Shown piece after piece: positions 30,558 through 38,324 of a DNA stretch of 64,000 nucleotides. Position numbers and translations under genes: made by a program. How positions within the stretch are numbered: the first letter of the stretch is position 1; each line of letters begins with the position of its first letter. Below the pieces are notes generated by a model. The model was not told where the DNA came from. It saw only the letters and a list, made by a program, of their open reading frames with translations, and did not search any database. This stretch comes from Promethearchaeota archaeon (lineage in GTDB: Archaea; Asgardarchaeota; Lokiarchaeia; Sigyniarchaeales; SOKP01): NCBI GenBank assembly GCA_019058295.1, contig JAHPZI010000021.1, positions 96,001 to 160,000 on the forward strand. Reading direction: 5' to 3'.

Positions 30558-31403
30558 TTATATAAGAGATAGTAAGCTTTCTAATTGATTAAATTTAAAT
30601 GGTTTTAAAAAATAACCATCAGCACCTGTTTCTATTAATTTTTTCTTGACTTCCGATTCTGGAACAGCAGTGACATAAAAAACAGGGATATCTTTAAGAT
30701 CATCATTAAATTTAATTTTTTTACAAATCTCATAACCGCTTATATCTGGTAAAATTATATCTAATAAGATAATCTTTGGTTTATAATTCTTTAACTCATC
30801 TAATCCTTGATTTCCCGTAAGAACTCCTTTGCATGTAAGATTTTTTGACTCAAAAAAATCATCTAGGATTGTTATAGCAGGTGGATTATCTTCAATTATT
30901 AAAATGTCATATTCAAATTTCTCGGGTTCAATCTCGTAGACAAGTTGATTAATTGTATTCTCAAGAAATTTGCTTTGATTGAGAATTTCTTTTATTTTTG
31001 TAAGAATATTTGGATTTAAATTGTTCGATTCATAATCAATAATTAATTGTGAAAAACCTTGTATAGTCGTTAACGGTTCTTTTAAATCATGAGAGATTCT
31101 AGAAATATCCTTTAAAAAATCTGATTTTGGTGAATTTTCAATATAAGAATTTACTGCTTTTCTAATAAATTTCGAAATCGTAGAAAAACTTTTTTCATCT
31201 GCAAAATTCTGCCATTTTTCTTTTGTTTCATCAGAAACTAAGATTCCTATACCCTTTTTATCTATTCCATAAATTTCTTCTCCTCTTTGCCATTTCTTAA
31301 ATCCTTCAGTTATAGCATTTCGCCAAATAGCTTTCTTTCCAGTTTCTGTTTCGTAACGGAGCATCTCTTCAGTTAATTTCTCTTCTTTAGTAATGAATAA
31401 CAC
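30558..31403 (-). CDS. Hybrid regulator: N-terminal motif + ribbon-helix-helix + HisKA + REC
   Basis: ILVSDETKEKW...TISKFIRKAV (RHH-like), SHDLKEPLTTIQGF, IIEDN..LLDIILPD..KPF. Confidence 0.8.
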   Translation of the reverse strand: MLFITKEEKLTEEMLRYETETGKKAIWRNAITEGFKKWQRGEEIYGIDKKGIGILVSDETKEKWQNFADEKSFSTISKFIRKAVNSYIENSPKSDFLKDISRISHDLKEPLTTIQGFSQLIIDYESNNLNPNILTKIKEILNQSKFLENTINQLVYEIEPEKFEYDILIIEDNPPAITILDDFFESKNLTCKGVLTGNQGLDELKNYKPKIILLDIILPDISGYEICKKIKFNDDLKDIPVFYVTAVPESEVKKKLIETGADGYFLKPFKFNQLESLLSLI

Positions 31404-31531
31404 CCATAATCATAAAATCTGATTAATCTATTTAATGAAAATTAATCTTTCTTGTTAAATAATTAATTATCCAATTTAATAAATTTTTATTGAAAAAAAA
31501 TTTTTTTTTTTAAAAAAAAAGTAAGTTTTTT

Positions 31532-32968
31532 TTATGATTCAAATAACTCTTTTATTTTTATTGCTGTTTTATTAAAGAAATTTAATCTTTTAAGTTCGAT
31601 ATCTGTATCAGGTGTGATATATTTTTGTCTTAAGAAATTGATCTTTTCTGTTAAATTATCAAATATCCAAGAAATTCTTTTTCCTTGACCAAATTCGTAA
31701 AAATCTTCTTTTACACTTTTCATAATTTTATTAATCGTCTTTTTATCCATTTTTTGTTTGTCTTTTGGCACAAAAGGCGTTGTTCCATCAAAATAAGTTA
31801 AAAGTATAAAATTTCTTTCATAATTATTTATATTAATATTTTTAACTAAAAATTCACCATTAGCAGAGGTCAATTTAAGGAAGTCTAGTGCTTGTAAGTG
31901 TAAGCTTTCAATGGTTCTTAGCGCAATTGTGCAAATCAGTGAGAACATTGCCCCTATTGCCATGGAATCGAGCTCAATCTCTGTATATTCTGATATCATC
32001 ATCCCTTTATTATCGATTAAAAAACATGAATGAAACGCCCCATTATCAGATAATTCTTGTAAGATTTCCTGAAGAATTCCTGCTTTTCCTTTTTTCTGCT
32101 CCTCTTTTTCTTTAATTTTGTCTTGATCCTCTATTAACTCAGAATAAACGTTTATATTCTTTTGATAGGCAGTTTTTTCTAATTCAGCTTTTCCAATTTC
32201 AAATTCTAACTTTTCCTTATCGAATTCAATTTTATTCTTCTCAAAATCATATTTATTTTTTTCTAACATCAATTGAATTTTTCTAATTTGCTTCTCTCTT
32301 TCTTCGAGATCAATTTTTTTTTGTTCTAATTGCTTATTTATTTCTATAAAATGTTCTCTAGCCTCCTTTATTTTGTCACTTCGGCCTTTAAAATCAATCT
32401 TAACATCTTCTAATTCTTTATTTTTTTGCTCAAATTCTTTTATTGATGTTTCAAATTCAATTCTTTTTTCTATTAATTCTTGGTTTCTATCTTCATATCT
32501 CTGTATTGATTCTTCTAATTTATTATATCTATTATTATAATCGTCGATTTTCTCATTTAATTCTTTTAATTTGTTTTCGTAAAAGGTTTTTAGATTTTCT
32601 TCCTCTTTGGTTAAGCTAATTTCTTTTGTTTCTAATTTTTTTTTATTTGTTTTAGAGTTTTTTGTTTCTAATTTTTTTTTATTTGTTTTAGAGTCTTTTG
32701 TTTCCAATTTTTTTTTATTTGCTTTAGAGTGTTCTGTTTTTACTTTATTAGTTTCTGATGAGATTAGATTACTACTTACTTTTAGGGTTTCATCTTCTAT
32801 ATTTTCCTTTATAATATCTGTATAAACCTCATCAATAACTTTTTTTACATCAGCATTAATATTTTCATCTTTAAGAAATTCTTCTTTTGTTTTAGATATA
32901 TGTGATACATCATCCGTGAGACTTTTCTCATGGGCATTAATTTGTTTTTCATTATCTTTAATTGGCAT
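31532..32968 (-). CDS. Long coiled-coil protein with C-terminal roadblock-like domain
   Basis: E/K-rich heptads; SCFLIDNKGMMIS...AIGAMFS roadblock pattern. Confidence 0.7.
   Translation of the reverse strand: MPIKDNEKQINAHEKSLTDDVSHISKTKEEFLKDENINADVKKVIDEVYTDIIKENIEDETLKVSSNLISSETNKVKTEHSKANKKKLETKDSKTNKKKLETKNSKTNKKKLETKEISLTKEEENLKTFYENKLKELNEKIDDYNNRYNKLEESIQRYEDRNQELIEKRIEFETSIKEFEQKNKELEDVKIDFKGRSDKIKEAREHFIEINKQLEQKKIDLEEREKQIRKIQLMLEKNKYDFEKNKIEFDKEKLEFEIGKAELEKTAYQKNINVYSELIEDQDKIKEKEEQKKGKAGILQEILQELSDNGAFHSCFLIDNKGMMISEYTEIELDSMAIGAMFSLICTIALRTIESLHLQALDFLKLTSANGEFLVKNININNYERNFILLTYFDGTTPFVPKDKQKMDKKTINKIMKSVKEDFYEFGQGKRISWIFDNLTEKINFLRQKYITPDTDIELKRLNFFNKTAIKIKELFES
32623..32729 (-). 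repeat. 36-bp coding tandem repeat (NKKKLETKxSKT, about 3 copies)
   Basis: Visible in both the DNA and the protein. Confidence 0.9.
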
Positions 32969-33020
32969 TTTTAATCAAAAATTTGATATGTTATTAATTA
33001 TCCAGTATATTACTTTGACC

Positions 33021-33473
33021 TCATAATAGTGAGCCTAAACTTTCAAAGAGCTCCTCTTTAGAAGTTTCTTCTTTGAAATAGTTTTTAATCTCATCAATAA
33101 TTTTATTTGTTTCAAATTGAATTAATCCAAAATTAATCTTTTTAGAAAATATTACTTGAATAAGTACGTTTGAAAATACTCTTGTTATTAATATTGAAAA
33201 ATCTGCATCAAGGCTTTTGTCCATACCGGCATCAATCTTTATTTGTTCGAGCATTTTATTTTTATTGATTATTTCTATACCTCTTTCTGCCATTGATAAA
33301 ATACTTGCTGAGATCGCAGCAAAATTAATATTCATTTCCTCATATTGGTCGTTTTGTTCACTATTTGAAGCTATTACTAAACCATCTTCAGTAATTAAAG
33401 TTGAACTTTTAACGCCAGTATTTAAAATAAAATCATCTAAAAGATTTATTAATTTAATTCTAATATCTGACAT
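33021..33473 (-). CDS. Roadblock/LC7 domain protein
   Basis: STLITEDGLVIAS...FAAISASILSMAE; paralogue of 35473-35925. Confidence 0.85.
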   Translation of the reverse strand: MSDIRIKLINLLDDFILNTGVKSSTLITEDGLVIASNSEQNDQYEEMNINFAAISASILSMAERGIEIINKNKMLEQIKIDAGMDKSLDADFSILITRVFSNVLIQVIFSKKINFGLIQFETNKIIDEIKNYFKEETSKEELFESLGSLL

Positions 33474-33556
33474 ATAACATCCTGTTTTTCTTTGTCAATA
33501 TTTTACTTTTTTAGCTTTAATTGTAAATAAAAAAAAAAAAATAATAATTAAATTCT

Positions 33557-33922
33557 TTAACCTAAAACCATTTTGATTTTATCCAGAGCAGCATTTATCT
33601 CGAAATCTATTAGTCCTATTTTGGCATCTGAGGGAGCTAATGCAATTAGAGCTGCTTGCGCTAATTGATGGACAACAATAAGATTATCCTTACCACTAAT
33701 TACATGTGAACTCACTTTACCTGATTTTAAAGTATCCGCAACCCTTGACCCAACTGATGTTAAAGCTGCAGTCATGGCAGCTATTCCACGCTCATCCATA
33801 TCTTTATGTAAAGCGCTTGCCATCATCTGACCTTTCAAAGATATAACTGCACTGTTTGATACTTCGGAATTCTTTTCTAAATCATATAATATGTCTTTAA
33901 TTTTTTCTGATCGAGCACTCAT
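33557..33922 (-). CDS. Roadblock/LC7 (MglB-like) protein
   Basis: SAVISLKGQMMAS...IAAMTAAL...AKIGLI. Confidence 0.9.
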   Translation of the reverse strand: MSARSEKIKDILYDLEKNSEVSNSAVISLKGQMMASALHKDMDERGIAAMTAALTSVGSRVADTLKSGKVSSHVISGKDNLIVVHQLAQAALIALAPSDAKIGLIDFEINAALDKIKMVLG

Positions 33923-33940
33923 TTATATTTACCTCTTTTT

Positions 33941-34066
33941 TTATTTTTTATCATAAAATTCACAAGTGTCCTTTTCCTTCGCTGTAACAAAAATTTTCTT
34001 TTTCTCACACCAGACTAATCCATCGGAATTTTCATCTCCTGCAAATTTACAATCACTTTTTGCCAC
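33941..34066 (-). CDS. Unannotated 41-aa Cys3 microprotein
   Basis: GGGTGA RBS then GTG; MAKSDCKFAGDENSDGLVWCEKKKIFVTAKEKDTCEFYDKK*; homologous to the C-terminus of 36062-37525; fills the operon gap. Confidence 0.85.
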   Translation of the reverse strand: MAKSDCKFAGDENSDGLVWCEKKKIFVTAKEKDTCEFYDKK

Positions 34067-34072
34067 TTTAAC

Positions 34073-34549
34073 TCACCCCTCTAAATTTATCGTGAAAATT
34101 GTTGTATTTTCTTCTGGTTTCCACTCAGCTTTTTCAACTGATCCTGTTTTTCCGGTATTTTTTTCAATAGCACCATATAAAATAGCTACCATTGGACAGG
34201 GAGGAATATAATTGATATCATTGCCTCTAAGAACTTTTGTAATTGGTGCTAAAACACATTCTCCAAGATCAAGAACGACTTTACTATCACTAACCTCAAT
34301 AATGTTTGCTCTTTGACAAAAGCCAACTTCTTTAATCTTTTTAGTAAAATCTTCTGTAATAGATTTAACATCTGATCCTCCGACCTCTAATCCGACATCC
34401 TTCATTAAACCTTTAACACCATCTGAATGAAACATCTCTGCCATTTCATTTTGAATCAGTGGAATATTTAATCCCATTTTTAATAAGGAATTCACTGCTA
34501 CACCAAAACTAATGTTTGTAAATGTCAATAAATCTTTAAATTCTGTCAT
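34073..34549 (-). CDS. V4R-like small-ligand/metal-binding protein
   Basis: Conserved-looking Cys (GFC, GEC, PCP) and an alpha/beta pattern like V4R/MetOD1. Confidence 0.5.
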   Translation of the reverse strand: MTEFKDLLTFTNISFGVAVNSLLKMGLNIPLIQNEMAEMFHSDGVKGLMKDVGLEVGGSDVKSITEDFTKKIKEVGFCQRANIIEVSDSKVVLDLGECVLAPITKVLRGNDINYIPPCPMVAILYGAIEKNTGKTGSVEKAEWKPEENTTIFTINLEG

Positions 34550-34641
34550 ACTTTTTCATCTCTTTTTTTTTTTTATTATTATTTTTTTTAAAGAAAACTA
34601 TTTTTTTAGTAGATTTTTTTATGAAAAGTAAATGTTATAAG

Positions 34642-34712
34642 TTATATTTAAATCTTTTTATAAAGAAAGTTTTTGTCACTTTGTGGTTCCATATAAAAAG
34701 ATTTAAATATAA
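34642..34712. promoter_or_regulatory. Perfect 21-bp inverted repeat forming back-to-back BRE-TATA-like promoters
   Basis: TTATATTTAAATCTTTTTATA (34642-34662), 29-nt spacer, TATAAAAAGATTTAAATATAA (34692-34712), between divergent operons. Confidence 0.8.
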
Positions 34713-34829
34713 GAAGAAAATTATATTTATGTCAGAAAAAATTATATAGAAAATGATATTTTTTTATATTTTATAAAAAGGTATCCATTTTTTAGAAAAT
34801 TATGAAGAAAAAATGAGGAGAGTTTAAAA

Positions 34830-35471
34830 ATTAGTGAAAAAAGTATAAAAATTTTCGTGACTGGATTTTTTAATTCGGGAAAAAGTACTTTAGTACATAC
34901 GATTGACGACAAAGCTATCCATGTAGAAAAGGAATTAAGCAAAACATTTAATGAAGAAAAAACAACAACTACTACTGGTTTTGATTTGGGAAGACTAGTT
35001 TGGGCTCGTCCAAACTTAAATAACGAAACTGAAGGGGTAATTATGAGTAAGACAGAGTATTTAAGAGATAAAGATGAATATTTGGGATGGCATATAAAAT
35101 ATGTCGAGTTAAAAGGCAGTCCTGGCCAAATGCAATTTTCTACTGTCCGTAAAATTCTAGCAAAGGGAAGCGACGGTGTGATCTTTTTAATTGATGGATG
35201 TGATTTAGCGAATATTGGCAATGCGTTAGTCGTTTTGGAAGAAATCAAAGCAGTTCTAGGTTCAAATATACCAATGCGAATAATTGCTAATAAATCTGAT
35301 AGGGATGACTTTCATGGATGTGAGGTTATTACAAGTATGATTGGTGAAACAGTATATGTGGGTTCTGGTAAATATAATGTAGGTATAAAAGATGCAATTA
35401 TTGAAGTACTTAAGACAATTTTATATGGTTTAGACCAAAATAAAATTTCAAAAGAGAGTGTGGTAGCTTAA
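34830..35471 (+). CDS. MglA/CvnD-like small GTPase; probable ATT start
   Basis: G1 GFFNSGKST, G2 TTTGFDLG, G3 GSPGQ, G4 NKSD; strand SIKIFV lies upstream of the track's GTG; GAGGAG at 34815-34820. Confidence 0.88.
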   Translation: MSEKSIKIFVTGFFNSGKSTLVHTIDDKAIHVEKELSKTFNEEKTTTTTGFDLGRLVWARPNLNNETEGVIMSKTEYLRDKDEYLGWHIKYVELKGSPGQMQFSTVRKILAKGSDGVIFLIDGCDLANIGNALVVLEEIKAVLGSNIPMRIIANKSDRDDFHGCEVITSMIGETVYVGSGKYNVGIKDAIIEVLKTILYGLDQNKISKESVVA

Positions 35472-35472
35472 A

Positions 35473-35925
35473 ATGGCTAACTTAAAAGAAAAACAAATTG
35501 TACAGATTCTGAAAGATTTTAGAGGAAGGACAAACATTCTATGTTCTATTTTACTCAATGAAGATGGTTTGATTATTGCATTAGATCAAGCTCAAATGAA
35601 CGAAGATGATGAGTATCATTTATCTTTCAGTGCAATTTGCTCTGGTATTGTTGCATTAGCAGAAAATGGTATTGAAACGATAAAAGAGGAAAATAATGTT
35701 AAAAAAATATCAATTCAAGCGGGAGAACAATTAGATAAGGAGGGATTTACAATTATTCTTCAATCGGTCACAAAAAATATTAAACTATCGATAATGTTTC
35801 CAACGTACTTGAATTTCGGTGTAATTCTTTTTGAATTAAATCAAACAATTCAAAGATTATCGGAGTATTTTTCAATTCCTGAACAAATCAAAAATCTCGA
35901 TGGTGTCAGTACATTAATGCAATAA
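35473..35925 (+). CDS. Roadblock/LC7 domain protein
   Basis: SILLNEDGLIIA...FSAICSGIVALAE. Confidence 0.85.
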   Translation: MANLKEKQIVQILKDFRGRTNILCSILLNEDGLIIALDQAQMNEDDEYHLSFSAICSGIVALAENGIETIKEENNVKKISIQAGEQLDKEGFTIILQSVTKNIKLSIMFPTYLNFGVILFELNQTIQRLSEYFSIPEQIKNLDGVSTLMQ

Positions 35926-36061
35926 ATTAAAAGATTTATCACTTTAAAAAAAAGTTATTTGTAAAATTAAGGATTACAAACCAAAAGCAAATGTCTCAAG
36001 TTCAATTTATAATTGAAAATTATGAAAAAGATTTTATGAAACTCAGTAGAGAGGTTTTCTC

Positions 36062-37525
36062 GTGGTAATACGTCAATGTATCGTTAATAATATTAATGAA
36101 AAGAATATAAATAAATTTCTGATAGAGAGATTAAACCATAATAATCCTTTAGTACGAAGAAATGCTGCCTTAGAAATAGAAAATCAAGGTATCTTAATCG
36201 CAATTACTCCATTATTAAGTACATATTTTCCTGGATCTTCATATATAATTCCTCGTATAATCGGAAAAATAGGGAAGAAAAATATAAAACTCTTACTTAA
36301 AATTGCAATGAATAATTATAATGGAACGAGAATGCGGCAATATGCTATTGAAGGATTAGGAAAAATTGGAGATAAAAAGATACTAAATAATTTATACTTA
36401 CTTTTAAAGAGTGATGATGTTTATATTAGGAAAAGTTGTATATTAGCACTGGGAGACATTAGGGATAAAAATTCTGCTGGAAAGTTATTATATTTATTAG
36501 ATATAGAAGTTGATTGGATTAAACCCTATATTATTTGGTCACTTGGAAAATTAGGTGATTTAAATTGTTTAAATAAACTAATTGAAATGTTATCCATAAA
36601 AAATTTAAATTTCATCACTAAGAAAATAATTATTAAAGCATTAGGATGGATTGGAGATAAAAGAGCGGTAAAAAAGCTCATTGAACTTTTAAATGAAAAA
36701 AATTCAGGTTTAGAGGATTATATTCTATTTGCTTTGGAAAACATAGGTGATACAAAAGTATTACCAATTTTAATAAAAAATTACTTGAAACCTATATGGT
36801 TTTTAAAGGAACACAATAAATGCATAATAAATAAGTTATCTCCTCAATGGAGAAATTTATTAAACAATTATGATTTAAAAATTTACAATAGAGAAGACTT
36901 ACCTCCACATTTTTATACAAACATCAATAATGAGGATGATTGGTTTTATGGTTGTTTAAACAAATCTCATTACATCTTAAATTCTCAGAAAAAAATCATT
37001 GGTTGTTTAAATTTAATTTATTTAATAAATTATGAGAAAGTTATTCTTTTTTATATGGATACAATTGAAATAAAAGAAGAATTTCGCCGTCAAAAGATAG
37101 GAACAGAATTAGTTAATCAAGTCATTAATGAAATTAAAAAGAAATTCGAGAGATTTAATATCTTTTTGTTAGTTGCAAAATGTAAGCAATATAAATTAAA
37201 ATTTTTTAGTACATTAGGATTTATACCTATAAAATTAAGAAAAACAGGGGTAGGTGCACATTGTATCATGAGTTATCCATTTACAGAAGATTCAGAAAGA
37301 AATTGTAAAAGATTGTTTGAATATTTTTGTTGGAGAGAAGAAAAAAAGGAGATTATCTCATCAGATTGTAAATATGCGTATAATCCCAATCCAACTGGTC
37401 TATATTGGTGTAAAAAAAAAATGATTTATGTTACAGGGTTAGAAAAAAAAAAATGTCCATTCTATATTAAAGAAAAGGAAATAATTAGTGAGAAGAAATT
37501 TTTTGATTTAAAAGAGTTTTTCTGA
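36062..37525 (+). CDS. HEAT-repeat + GNAT acetyltransferase + Cys3 domain protein
   Basis: Repeated ALG.IGD..A HEAT units; EFRRQKIGT acetyl-CoA motif A; FF..LGF; C-terminal C-x13-C-x14-C. Confidence 0.8.
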   Translation: MVIRQCIVNNINEKNINKFLIERLNHNNPLVRRNAALEIENQGILIAITPLLSTYFPGSSYIIPRIIGKIGKKNIKLLLKIAMNNYNGTRMRQYAIEGLGKIGDKKILNNLYLLLKSDDVYIRKSCILALGDIRDKNSAGKLLYLLDIEVDWIKPYIIWSLGKLGDLNCLNKLIEMLSIKNLNFITKKIIIKALGWIGDKRAVKKLIELLNEKNSGLEDYILFALENIGDTKVLPILIKNYLKPIWFLKEHNKCIINKLSPQWRNLLNNYDLKIYNREDLPPHFYTNINNEDDWFYGCLNKSHYILNSQKKIIGCLNLIYLINYEKVILFYMDTIEIKEEFRRQKIGTELVNQVINEIKKKFERFNIFLLVAKCKQYKLKFFSTLGFIPIKLRKTGVGAHCIMSYPFTEDSERNCKRLFEYFCWREEKKEIISSDCKYAYNPNPTGLYWCKKKMIYVTGLEKKKCPFYIKEKEIISEKKFFDLKEFF

Positions 37526-37600
37526 TAGATTTAGTTTGAAAAAAAGGGTCACTTTTGGTGGTTTAATATACTGAAGGAAGAAAGGATTAATTTTGAAAAT

Positions 37601-38254
37601 TTGGTAAATAACGTTAACATAGAATGCCCAATATGCAAGACAATGAAAGTGTTAAAAATTCCATTAAAAATTATAAATCAGAGTAAGCAACTTACTACTG
37701 TGTCTGTACCAATAGGATTAGTGTGCAAACATAATTTTCAAGCTTTCATAGATAAAAATTTTAAAGTGAGAGGATATCAAAAAGTTGATTTTCATTTTTC
37801 AAAAATGGAATTTTATGAGGGAGGCATCAACTCTACTATTTCTGACTTAGAAAATGAACAAAAAGTAGAAGAACAATTGATTCAGCTCAGTTCAAAGCCA
37901 ATATTTATTGAAATTTTAAAACTTTTAAGAACTTATGTAGATGATGAGGATATTTTAGGAAGTGCTCTCTTTACATTAGAAGGAAAGGTATTATATTCAT
38001 CCTTACCATTGATGACATTAAATAATATAATTAGAGAATTTGAAATTAGAAATCAGAAGGAATTAATTCAAGTAGAAAAACTTTTTCTGGTTTTAACTAA
38101 TAAACAGAAAATATTCTCGCAATTTCTTGAGATTAGGGGTTATTCTCTTATTATAACTTTAATTTTTTCAAAAAAAATTCAATTAGGTATGGGAGATTTA
38201 CACTTAAGGGAATTAATAAAAAAAATATTAAAAATTAATCCATGTATGAATTAA
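37601..38254 (+). CDS. Zinc-ribbon + roadblock/profilin-like domain protein
   Basis: CPIC...CKH, FIDKNFKVRGYQKVDF; ILGSALFTLEGKVLYSSL. Confidence 0.6.
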   Translation: MVNNVNIECPICKTMKVLKIPLKIINQSKQLTTVSVPIGLVCKHNFQAFIDKNFKVRGYQKVDFHFSKMEFYEGGINSTISDLENEQKVEEQLIQLSSKPIFIEILKLLRTYVDDEDILGSALFTLEGKVLYSSLPLMTLNNIIREFEIRNQKELIQVEKLFLVLTNKQKIFSQFLEIRGYSLIITLIFSKKIQLGMGDLHLRELIKKILKINPCMN

Positions 38255-38324
38255 TAAACGAGGGAAAGAAGATATATTAAATCAAATAGAGCTATTAAAT
38301 GGATAAAAATGAAATGATAATAAA

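Noticed and set aside
31494-31531. A/T homopolymer blocks forming apparent hairpins
   Set aside because: Low complexity; at most ordinary oligo-T terminators.
33966-34211. 81-aa plus-strand ORF
   Set aside because: Antisense to the V4R-like gene and the Cys3 microprotein, which have RBS and homology support.
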